NCBI GenBank assembly: GCA_009861545.1
Contig: VXME01000025.1
Location: 2,346-66,345, forward strand
Reading direction: 5' to 3'
DNA from: Acidobacteriota bacterium
GTDB lineage: Bacteria > Acidobacteriota > Vicinamibacteria > Vicinamibacterales > UBA8438
Length of the DNA stretch: 64,000 nt
This document shows positions 56,771-64,000 of this stretch, one piece after another. The notes beneath the pieces were generated by a model. It did not search any database. It saw only the letters and a program-made list of their open reading frames with translations, and was not told the origin of the DNA. Numbering within the stretch: the first letter of the stretch is position 1; the number at the start of each line of letters is the position of its first letter. A program made the position numbers and the translations under genes.

Positions 56771-58054
56771 ATGGATGCGACCTCCCTCCGACGCCTGCGG
56801 GTCGCGTTCGGCCCCGGGCTGCTCTGGGCCGCCACCGCGATCGGCGTCTCGCACCTGGTGCAATCGACGCGCGCCGGCGCGTCGGCCGGCTTCGCGCTCG
56901 CCGGCGTCATCCTGATCGCCCTGGTCCTGAAGTACCCCTTCTTCGAGTACGGGCCGCGCTACGCCGCCGCGACCGGCCGCAGCCTGATCGAGGGCTACGC
57001 CCGCATCGGCCGCTGGGCGCTGTGGCTCTACCTGGCCATCACCGTGTCGACGATGGCCGTCGTCCCGCCGGCGGTGGTGATGTTCACGGCCTATCTGCTG
57101 GGCTTCACTATCGACCTCGACTGGTCGCTGCCGGTACTGGCCGCGGCGGTCATGGCGCCGGTCGCCGCGTTGCTCTGGTGGGGGCGGTTCCGGGGCCTGG
57201 ACCTGTCCATCAAGCTGATCGTGGCGCTACTGGCGCTGTCGACCCTGCTGGCCGCGGCGGTCAGCCTGCCGCGGGCCGATCTGTCGACGCTGGCGTTGTG
57301 GCCCGCCGACGCGGTCGGCACGACCGTCCCGTTCGTGTTCCTGCTGGCCCTGGCCGGCTGGATGCCCTCCGGGGTCGACAGCGCGGTGTGGAGCTCGCTG
57401 TGGACCCTGGCCAAGAACGACTCTTCCGGCCTGCGGTGCTCCGTCGCGACGGCGCGGCAGGACTTCGCCGTCGGCTACGCCGGGACCGGGGTGCTGGCCT
57501 TCGCCTTCCTCACGCTCGGGGCCGGCGTGATGTTCGGCTCCGGCGAGACGTTCGCGCCGCAGGGGCCCGTGTTCTCCACCCAGCTCGTCGAGCTCTACAG
57601 CGCGACCCTCGGCGCGTGGACCCGGCCGGTGGTGCTGGCGGCGGTAGTCACCACGATGCTGTCGACGGCGCTCACCGTGCTCGACGGCGGACCCCGCGCC
57701 ATCGAGCGCTCCCTCCTGGTGCTGCGCACGACCGAGCGGGAGCCGCACCCCGCGGCGGACGCACCCGCGGTCGCGGGCGGTCCAATCTACTGGTGGAGCC
57801 TCGCCGGCGTGATGCTCGTCACCCTGGTGATCCTGTCGCTGTTCATCGGCAACCTGACGACGATGATCGACTTCGCCACCACGCTCACGTTCCTGACCAG
57901 TCCGGTGCTCGGCTACCTGAACCTGCGCGCGGTCTGCTCGGACGAGATGCCGCCCGAGCACCGGCCCGGCCGGGGGCTGCGGGCCCTGTCCTGGGTGGGC
58001 CTCGTGCTGCTGGGGGGGACGGGACTGTTCTACCTGCTGACGCTGGCGGCGTGA
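56771..58054 (+). CDS. NRAMP-family divalent metal cation transporter
   Basis: 'FGPGLLWAATAIGVSHLVQSTRAGASAGFAL' plus about 11 TM segments. Confidence 0.8.
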   Translation: MDATSLRRLRVAFGPGLLWAATAIGVSHLVQSTRAGASAGFALAGVILIALVLKYPFFEYGPRYAAATGRSLIEGYARIGRWALWLYLAITVSTMAVVPPAVVMFTAYLLGFTIDLDWSLPVLAAAVMAPVAALLWWGRFRGLDLSIKLIVALLALSTLLAAAVSLPRADLSTLALWPADAVGTTVPFVFLLALAGWMPSGVDSAVWSSLWTLAKNDSSGLRCSVATARQDFAVGYAGTGVLAFAFLTLGAGVMFGSGETFAPQGPVFSTQLVELYSATLGAWTRPVVLAAVVTTMLSTALTVLDGGPRAIERSLLVLRTTEREPHPAADAPAVAGGPIYWWSLAGVMLVTLVILSLFIGNLTTMIDFATTLTFLTSPVLGYLNLRAVCSDEMPPEHRPGRGLRALSWVGLVLLGGTGLFYLLTLAA

Positions 58055-58163
58055 GGAGACGGCCCGCTCCTCCTGTCCATCGCCGGGAGGTTGCGAATCC
58101 GATCGGGCGTCCGGGGCGGTCGTCCGGCAGGCACCCGGCGCCGGTGCGGACCGGTCGAGCGGT

Positions 58164-59138
58164 TCACCGCTGCAGTTCCAGGCGCGCCACGACCGGGTAG
58201 TGATCGGACGGGTACCGCCCGTCGTCGTGGTCGACGATCGTCTCGACCGAGCGAACGCCGACCGGGCCGCGTACCAGGATCCAGTCGATACGCCCCGGAT
58301 TGGCCAGCTCCGGCGCGCGGAAGTCGTTGGACGTGCGGGGCGGGCCGATCCGCTCGCCGGCGAGCAGCCAGGCGTCCTGCAACCCCTGACCGGTGGCCGC
58401 CGACCAGGTTTCGCTGATCTCGGCCAACGCGTTGAAGTCCCCCGTGACGACGACGGCGCCGGCCGCCGGAAGCGCCGCGACGCGCGCCGCGATCCGCTTG
58501 GCGGAATCGACCTGCCGCTGCCCCCGGCGGAGCGTCAGGTGGGTATTGAAGACGTGGAACCTTCTGCCGCTCTCGCGGTGGTGAAAGCGCGCCCAGGTGA
58601 CGATGCGGGAGACGTTGCGCCGCCAGCCGACCCCGGTCGGTCCGTCGGCATTCGGCGAGAGCCAGAAGGTGCCGGACTCGATCGGGATCAGCGCATCGCG
58701 CCGGTAGAAGATCGGCGTGTACTCGCTCAGGCCGGTGCCGCCGTTGAGGCCGCGGTCGGCGCCCAGCCAGCGGTAGCCGGGAAGCGCGTCCGCCAGGTAC
58801 TCCACCTGCTCGTCGAGGGCCTCCTGCAGGCCCGCCACGTCCGGCGCGAACCGCTCGATCGTTCTCGCCACGAGTGCGCGGCGGTGCACCCAGCCGTTGT
58901 CGCCGTCGTTGCCGAGGGACGTGCGGATGTTGAAGGTCATGACGCGGAGCGGCGTCGGAGTCTCGTCCTGCCCGCCCGCGGGCCGGGCGGCGCCGGTCGG
59001 TGCGCCGGCGGCCGCCACACCGGGAACCGGCGCGGCCCCTGCCGTCCACACAAGGGTCGCCGCCGCGCCCGCCCGGACGAGAAGAGCAAACGCGGCCACC
59101 ACGGCTCTCACGCCCGATCCGGCGGTTCTACCGTCCAT
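58164..59138 (-). CDS. endonuclease/exonuclease/phosphatase (EEP) family protein, exported
   Basis: 'LRVMTFNIRTS', 'VAGLQE', 'VVTGDFN' and 'SDHYPVVARL' are EEP motifs. Confidence 0.85.
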   Translation of the reverse strand: MDGRTAGSGVRAVVAAFALLVRAGAAATLVWTAGAAPVPGVAAAGAPTGAARPAGGQDETPTPLRVMTFNIRTSLGNDGDNGWVHRRALVARTIERFAPDVAGLQEALDEQVEYLADALPGYRWLGADRGLNGGTGLSEYTPIFYRRDALIPIESGTFWLSPNADGPTGVGWRRNVSRIVTWARFHHRESGRRFHVFNTHLTLRRGQRQVDSAKRIAARVAALPAAGAVVVTGDFNALAEISETWSAATGQGLQDAWLLAGERIGPPRTSNDFRAPELANPGRIDWILVRGPVGVRSVETIVDHDDGRYPSDHYPVVARLELQR

Positions 59139-59979
59139 CGTCCCAGTCTGCCGGCCGCCCCGACCGCCGCCGCAGCCACTCGACGGTGCACAGCAGCAGG
59201 ACCGCGAACAGGATCAGAAAGGTCGCCACGGCCAGCATCGCGGGGCTGATCTGCTCGCGGATACCGGCCCACATCTGCCGCGGTATGGTGCGCTGGTTCT
59301 CGCCGGCCATGAACAGCACCACGACCACCTCATCGAACGACGTCGCGAAGGCGAACAGGGCGCCGGAGACGACGCCCGGCGCGATCAGCGGAAGTTGCAC
59401 GCGGCGGAAGGTGGTCACCGGCCCGGCCCCCAGACTGGCCGCGGCCCGCGTCAAGTTCGTGTCGAAGGCGGACAGCGTGGCGGTGACCGTGATCACCACG
59501 AACGGGGTGCCGAGCGCGGCGTGGGCGAGGATGAGCCCCAGATGCGTCTGGGACAGTCCCAGCGTCGAGTAGAAGAAGAACATTCCCGCCGCCGAGATGA
59601 TCAGCGGCGTAACCATCGGCGAGATCAGCAGCCCCATCGCCAGGTGCCGGGCCGGCATCGCGCGGCTCGACAGCCCCAGCGCGGCGAGCGTGCCGAGGGC
59701 CGTCGCCAGCACGGTGGCCGCGACGCCGATGAGCAGGCTGTTGGCGAGCCCGCGCGCCCACGCCCCGTCGCCGAGGACCTGCCGGTACCAGCGCAGCGAA
59801 TACGCCTCCGGATCGAGGCGCAGCATCCCGTCGGTGAAGGTGAAGTACGGCTCGGCGTTGAAGCTGAGCGGCACGATCACCAGGATCGGCGCCACCAGGA
59901 ACGCGAAGATCAGCCCGCAGGCGACGCGATGCGCGAGCCTTCCGGCGCCGAATCGGGACGCGGCGTCCGTCAGGCTCAT
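59128..59979 (-). CDS. ABC transporter permease (PotC-like, polyamine/opine-type)
   Basis: Start moved to 'MSLTDAASRF' (ATGA overlap with the upstream permease stop). 'AFDTNLTRAAASLGAGPVTTFRRVQLPLIAPG' is the EAA loop. Confidence 0.85.
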   Translation of the reverse strand: MSLTDAASRFGAGRLAHRVACGLIFAFLVAPILVIVPLSFNAEPYFTFTDGMLRLDPEAYSLRWYRQVLGDGAWARGLANSLLIGVAATVLATALGTLAALGLSSRAMPARHLAMGLLISPMVTPLIISAAGMFFFYSTLGLSQTHLGLILAHAALGTPFVVITVTATLSAFDTNLTRAAASLGAGPVTTFRRVQLPLIAPGVVSGALFAFATSFDEVVVVLFMAGENQRTIPRQMWAGIREQISPAMLAVATFLILFAVLLLCTVEWLRRRSGRPADWDDGR

Positions 59980-61208
59980 CCCAGCCTCATGCGCTCGACG
60001 CCGACCACGCGGTCGTAGAGCAGATAGAGCCCGACCACGCACGCCAGCAGGATCCCGCCCAGCGCGCCGGCCAGACCCCAGTTCAGCGACGTCTGCATGT
60101 GGTAGGCGATGAAGTTCGAGATGAGCTGCCCGCTCTGGCCGCCCACCAGCGCCGGGGTGATGTAGTAGCCGATGGCCAGGATGAACACCAGCAGCGACCC
60201 GGCCCCCACCCCAGCCAGCGACTGCGGCCAGTAGACGCGCCGGAAGGCCACGGGGAAGCCCGCTCCCAGCGACTCGGCGGCCCGCATCTGCTGCGGCGGA
60301 ATGGTGCGCATCACCGAGTAGAGCGGCAGGACCATGAAGGGCAGCAGCACGTGGGTCATCGCCACCACGGTGCCGGTCATGTTGTAGATCATCGCCAGCC
60401 GCCCGTCGTCGCCGATCAGCCCCAGCGCCACCAGCAGGTCGTTGACCACCCCCTGGCTCTGCAGCAGGACGATCCACGAGGTGGTGCGCACCAGCAGCGA
60501 CGTCCAGAACGGCACCAGCACCAGGGCCAGCAGCAGGCCCGCCCGGCCCGGCGGCGCATGCGCGATGAGATACGCCACCGGGTACCCCAGCAGCAGGCAC
60601 AGCGCGGTGATGCCGAGGCTGACCACGAACGTCCGCCAGAACAGCGCCAGGTAGATGCGCCGCTCGGGCGGCTGGCGGGCGATGGAGCCGTCCGGCAGGC
60701 GCTGCAGGTCGACCGCGTTCAGGTAATGGCGCGTCGTGAAACGGTCCCCCGCGGTACGTATGGCGTGCCACGTCAGCGGGTCGCCCCAGTCGGCGTCGAT
60801 GTCGAGCAGCGCCTGCCGCCACGGGCCTGCCTCGACCTCCAGCAACAGGCGCCCGCTGCGGACGAGGACGCTGCGCAGGCCGCCGCGAATCCGGTTGACG
60901 CGGCTGGCGACGCGCCCGATCGTCCGCGCCTCCCGCGCCCGCACCAGCTCGCGCGCCGTGGCGGCGTACACCGCCTCGCCGGGGTCGGACTCGCCGTCCC
61001 ACTCGCGCAGCAGCGCGATGGTCTCCGGCAGCGCGTCGGCCACCACCGGGTCGTAGACGCTGCGCAGCAGCATCGTCGCCAGCGGCACGACGAACGTCAC
61101 GCCGATAAAGGCCACGAGCGGCAGGGCGAGCCCGGCGGCACGCAACCGCGGCCGGGTCAACGCGCCAGCCATGCGCTGCAGCGCTCGTTCACTTCTTTCG
61201 TGGGCCAT
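59976..61208 (-). CDS. ABC transporter permease (PotB-like)
   Basis: EAA loop 'MRAAESLGAGFPVAFRRVYWPQSLAG'. The listed ATG 61208 lies outside the duplicated junction. The ATG at 61172 ('MAGALTRPRLRAAGLALPL') lies inside the repeat and may be the ancestral start. Confidence 0.85.
   Translation of the reverse strand: MAHERSERALQRMAGALTRPRLRAAGLALPLVAFIGVTFVVPLATMLLRSVYDPVVADALPETIALLREWDGESDPGEAVYAATARELVRAREARTIGRVASRVNRIRGGLRSVLVRSGRLLLEVEAGPWRQALLDIDADWGDPLTWHAIRTAGDRFTTRHYLNAVDLQRLPDGSIARQPPERRIYLALFWRTFVVSLGITALCLLLGYPVAYLIAHAPPGRAGLLLALVLVPFWTSLLVRTTSWIVLLQSQGVVNDLLVALGLIGDDGRLAMIYNMTGTVVAMTHVLLPFMVLPLYSVMRTIPPQQMRAAESLGAGFPVAFRRVYWPQSLAGVGAGSLLVFILAIGYYITPALVGGQSGQLISNFIAYHMQTSLNWGLAGALGGILLACVVGLYLLYDRVVGVERMRLG
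61146..61191. repeat. 46-bp imperfect direct repeat, left copy (covers permease 5' end and relic of SBP 3' end)
   Basis: ccgcggccgggtcaAcgCGccagccatgcgctgCagcgctcgttca matches 63161-63206 at 42/46 positions (hand alignment). In the SBP frame it still reads '..NERCSAWLAR*'. Confidence 0.85.
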
Positions 61209-62157
61209 CGCCGATTACCGCGCTGATGCGCGTTCTCAGACGGTCACGGAACTCGTCCAGATTCTTCGCTTCCCACACGATATGGTTGTATTGACGCGTG
61301 TCGAAATGCACCTTTTCGATTGCATCTTCCCGGCACGAGAAGACGACCGGGATGTCGCGACCGTGGGCGAATCCTGCTTCGTAGTAGACACCGCCCCGAG
61401 GCCCGTCTTTGCCTTGCGTAAAGTCCGCGACGACGAAGCGAGCACGCCGCAGCTCAGCGATGATCGCGTCGTCGACCTTACCGGCATGCTCCTCCTTGTC
61501 GATTCGCACTGCTTCGTAACCGGCGTCCTCGATTCCGGGCTTGATTGCATTCTCCCAGACTTCGTCCATGGACTCGTCGAACCACATGGCGACGAACGCC
61601 TTGGATGCCTCGGTGGCAGTTCGTTCAAGCTCTGCAAGCCGTGCGTACCCGTGAACCGAAACTTGGTACTCTGCTGCTCGTCCAACCGTACCCGGGCGCG
61701 ACCCCTGTATCCACCCTCGACTCGCGAGGAAGGACTCCAGGTACTGCAACTCCTCGAGTCGAGTACACTCTGACCATGCTAGCCTGCGAGCCACGTCAGG
61801 ACTCTGCGCATGCGCATGTAGGCGGAATGTCGCTGCCACGTGCGGCAGTTCCGACGCAACGAATCGAAGAAGTTGATCCGCTCGCTCGTGAACACTCAAC
61901 GGTGGCCGTCGCTTGGCGTCCTCAACGGCTTGGGTTGTCACTTCGGGACACCCCTCGCCTAGTTGCCTCTGCTCAACCAGCCAGGACGTAAGGCGCGACT
62001 TTTGGACTTCATCAAGTGCAAGCAAACCATCCCGCGTCCTGTTCGTAATCCAGTACTCTCCGCCGGCGCGCGGCGAAGCCAGGAGTGAAACCGAAGACGC
62101 ACGCTTCATTTCAGAAGCCGGTGTTCTCCAGATCGGGCAGGTGCCATTCTCATTCAT
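61189..62157 (-). CDS. nucleoside 2-deoxyribosyltransferase-like (NDT/TIR-like Rossmannoid) C-terminal domain protein with unknown N-terminal domain
   Basis: The C-terminal 'AFVAMWFDESMDEVWENAIKPGIEDAGYEAVRID...DDAIIAELRRARFVVADFTQGKDGPRGGVYYEAGFAHGRDIPVV' follows the NDT-like pattern (h-h-h-F...D-h-T...G-x-x-x-E-x-G-h-A). The N-terminal ~190 aa are unassigned. Confidence 0.6.
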   Translation of the reverse strand: MNENGTCPIWRTPASEMKRASSVSLLASPRAGGEYWITNRTRDGLLALDEVQKSRLTSWLVEQRQLGEGCPEVTTQAVEDAKRRPPLSVHERADQLLRFVASELPHVAATFRLHAHAQSPDVARRLAWSECTRLEELQYLESFLASRGWIQGSRPGTVGRAAEYQVSVHGYARLAELERTATEASKAFVAMWFDESMDEVWENAIKPGIEDAGYEAVRIDKEEHAGKVDDAIIAELRRARFVVADFTQGKDGPRGGVYYEAGFAHGRDIPVVFSCREDAIEKVHFDTRQYNHIVWEAKNLDEFRDRLRTRISAVIGDGPRKK

Positions 62158-62258
62158 TCTTCGTGAATCCTTGCCCCGGCACGGTCATGATGCGGCGCGG
62201 CCCAAGTCCTGTTGTAGTCGGTGCACTGGTGCCGGGCGTGGACCCTCATCGTCCTTCG

Positions 62259-62465
62259 TCAACCGATGACGCGCAGAATCGCACCGACGGCGGCCATCGC
62301 GCTGACCGGGCGCCAGGTGAGCCGGGTCTCCATCACGCCCATGTCGGCGCACAGCTCCGCGGCCACGGCGGTCAGGTCTGCCTTGGTCGGCAGCTTCTCG
62401 ATGTCGACCCGGCGGGCGTCATGCCGGGTACCCGTACCCGCGACTGCGTGCCGCCTGCGTGTCAT
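62259..62465 (-). CDS. small coiled-coil/TM protein (DUF1640-like)
   Basis: 'LPTKADLTAVAAELCADMGVMETRLTWRPVSAMAAVGAILRVIG'. The ATG overlaps the upstream stop (ATGA). Confidence 0.45.
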   Translation of the reverse strand: MTRRRHAVAGTGTRHDARRVDIEKLPTKADLTAVAAELCADMGVMETRLTWRPVSAMAAVGAILRVIG

Positions 62466-62680
62466 CGCTCGAGCGGAGACGCTTCCGCAGATCCAGCTCG
62501 ATCTTCGGCGCCAACGGCTACACGTCGAGCGGGATAACGGACGTACGTGCGGCCCGAGGCCTTCTGACTGGCCCGGATGTCGTTGAAGATGGCCTCGACG
62601 TCGTAGTCGAAGCGGGCTGCGTGTTCGTCGCGAACCGCCCGGATTTCGGCGATGATCGGGTCAATCGGTGGCTTCTGCAT
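62462..62680 (-). CDS. small hypothetical protein, putative antitoxin of adjacent PIN protein
   Basis: 72 aa, 'DPIIAEIRAVRDEHAARFDYDVEAIFNDIRASQKASGR'. It overlaps the PIN gene's 3' end by 20 nt. Confidence 0.5.
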   Translation of the reverse strand: MQKPPIDPIIAEIRAVRDEHAARFDYDVEAIFNDIRASQKASGRTYVRYPARRVAVGAEDRAGSAEASPLER

Positions 62681-63155
62681 GGTCTGGCTCGATGAGTTCG
62701 CTGGGTGTGCAAATGACCGCCGGCTGGTATCCGACGCTTAGACAGACATGCTCGATCCGGTACCGCATGGCGGCGTTGGCGATGTGCCGAAAATTCCACG
62801 TTACCAGATAATCGACTCCGTTCGTCACCGCGATGGCAATATGCGCGGCATCGTCCGCAGCCCTCCGCGGGACGGCCCCGAGATCAAGCAGCTTCCGTGT
62901 CAGTTCCACCGCGTCCTCGGTCACGTCAAGCAGCGTAACGGATTCGAGCAACTCCACACGAGCCCGAGCGGCATCGGCATCACCGGCACGAGCTTCCTTG
63001 GCCACAAGCTCCGACGAAACCAATTCGAATCGGTCCGGCGCACTCGCCCACCACTCGCGGGTCACCTGTTGATAGCCGGCAATCACGACGTCACGAGAGG
63101 GTCGCGCGGCCAGGTAGCTGAGCACCGAGGTCTCGACGTAGACGGTGGGATTCAT
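62661..63155 (-). CDS. PIN domain protein (VapC-like toxin)
   Basis: 'VYVETSVLSYL', 'DAAHIAIAVTNGVDYLVTWNFRHIAN'. Confidence 0.8.
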   Translation of the reverse strand: MNPTVYVETSVLSYLAARPSRDVVIAGYQQVTREWWASAPDRFELVSSELVAKEARAGDADAARARVELLESVTLLDVTEDAVELTRKLLDLGAVPRRAADDAAHIAIAVTNGVDYLVTWNFRHIANAAMRYRIEHVCLSVGYQPAVICTPSELIEPDHAEATD

Positions 63156-63160
63156 GCCTG

Positions 63161-63206
63161 CCGCGGCCGGGTCAGCGGACCAGCCATGCGCTGAAGCGCT
63201 CGTTCA
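63161..63206. repeat. 46-bp imperfect direct repeat, right copy (covers SBP stop codon)
   Basis: ccgcggccgggtcaGcgGAccagccatgcgctgAagcgctcgttca encodes '..NERFSAWLVR*' on the minus strand. Confidence 0.85.
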
Positions 63207-64000
63207 TGTCGTCCAGGTTGTCGCTCCACCACAGCCAGTCGTTCTGCAGGGTGCGGCGCATGTGCGCGGGGTAGGTCGGCATGTGGGGGTTCATGTCGAT
63301 GCCCGCGTCGGCGTGCCGGCCGATGAGCGGCAGGCCGGAGCGGCGCACCGGGCTGTAGGCGATGTAGCGGCCGATGGCGGCCATCGAACTCGCGCGGGTG
63401 GCGAACTTCACCAGCTCGAGAGCCGGTTCGAGGTCCGGCGTCCCGGCGACGATGCCGATGGGACCGACGTCGAGCACCTGCCCGTCCCAGACGATCTCGA
63501 ACGGCTGGCCTTCGAGCACCTGCGCGTTGAAGATGCGGCCGTTGTAGGCGGTGCTCATCGCCACCTCGCCGTCGGCCAGCATCTGCGGGGGCTGCGCCCC
63601 CGCTTCCCACCAGACCACCTGGTCCTTGATGGTGTCGAGCTTGCGGAAGGCGCGGTCCAGCCCCTCGGGCGTGTCGAGCACGGCGTAGACCTCGTCGACC
63701 GAGACGCCGTCGGCGATCAGCGCGAACTCGAGGTTCACGAACGGCACCCGGCGCATGCCGCGCCGGCCCGGGAAGCGCTCGAGGTCGAAGAAGTCCTCCA
63801 TCGTCGACGGCGCCTCGCCCGCCAACCGCTCGGTGTTGTAGGCGTAGACGGTGGAATAGAACGTCGTGCCGACGCCGCATTCCGCCAGGGTGTCGGGCAG
63901 GAAGTCCGCCGCCGCCGGCGTGCCGTCCGCCGCCGGCGCGAGGATGGATACGTCGATCGGCTCCAGCACGCCCTCGTCGCAGCCGGCCACCGCGTCGGCC
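63172..64000 (-). CDS. ABC transporter periplasmic substrate-binding protein (PotD/PotF-like); N-terminus beyond window end
   Basis: 'YNGRIFNAQVLEGQPFEIVWDGQVLDVGPIGIVAGTPD' is SBP-like. The frame stays open through position 64000. Confidence 0.85.
   Translation of the reverse strand, partial: ADAVAGCDEGVLEPIDVSILAPAADGTPAAADFLPDTLAECGVGTTFYSTVYAYNTERLAGEAPSTMEDFFDLERFPGRRGMRRVPFVNLEFALIADGVSVDEVYAVLDTPEGLDRAFRKLDTIKDQVVWWEAGAQPPQMLADGEVAMSTAYNGRIFNAQVLEGQPFEIVWDGQVLDVGPIGIVAGTPDLEPALELVKFATRASSMAAIGRYIAYSPVRRSGLPLIGRHADAGIDMNPHMPTYPAHMRRTLQNDWLWWSDNLDDMNERFSAWLVR

Larger units (their letters stand above)
61192..63160. mobile_element. putative inserted accessory cassette (4 ORFs, no recombinase gene) between SBP and permease genes
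   Basis: The segment is bounded by the 46-bp repeats and looks A/T-richer than its flanks. It interrupts an otherwise typical SBP-permease-permease operon. Confidence 0.45.

Overview
This is a high-G+C bacterial chromosomal segment (judged by eye, not computed). An ADOP/FtsX-type permease remnant and the gene content (DUF5916/CBM9, Uma2, PQQ dehydrogenase) suggest an Acidobacteriota-like organism, but that is inference only. I support about 60 protein-coding genes and saw no rRNA, tRNA or CRISPR array. The many long Arg/Pro/Gly-rich ORFs in the track are off-frame or antisense shadows of real genes.

Core content:
- Sel1-repeat protein, mutY, ppk2, uppS and a P450.
- An SSF transporter translationally coupled to a long amidase.
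- Two tandem DUF5916/CBM9 paralogs.
- A PQQ dehydrogenase divergent from a duplicated two-gene module (cytochrome c fused to a PHM/DBH-like copper-monooxygenase-like domain, plus a small secreted protein).
- An EctD-like dioxygenase cluster, ornithine cyclodeaminase, cysteine dioxygenase plus NRAMP, and a PotABCD-like ABC transporter.

Accessory content falls in three blocks that look more A/T-rich than their flanks:
- (A) 39.2-40.7 kb: a long unknown ORF translationally coupled to a PIN toxin.
- (B) 41.6-51.6 kb, all on the minus strand: two hsdM paralogs, then hsdS, a DUF433/DUF5615 pair, a frameshifted hsdR, two tiny membrane ORFs, a DarT-like (DUF4433-like) ADP-ribosyltransferase, and a 233-aa partner that is neither macrodomain nor NADAR as far as I can tell. 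This DarT-like pair is the best candidate for an undescribed toxin/antidote or defence variant.
- (C) 61.2-63.2 kb: a cassette of about 2 kb (PIN, a 72-aa ORF, a 68-aa coiled-coil/TM ORF, and a nucleoside-deoxyribosyltransferase-like protein). It sits exactly at the SBP/permease junction of the ABC transporter operon and is flanked by 46-bp imperfect direct repeats (42/46 identical).

Other TA-like modules and two gene remnants are also noted. All family calls rest on motif recognition by eye and need HMM or structure confirmation.
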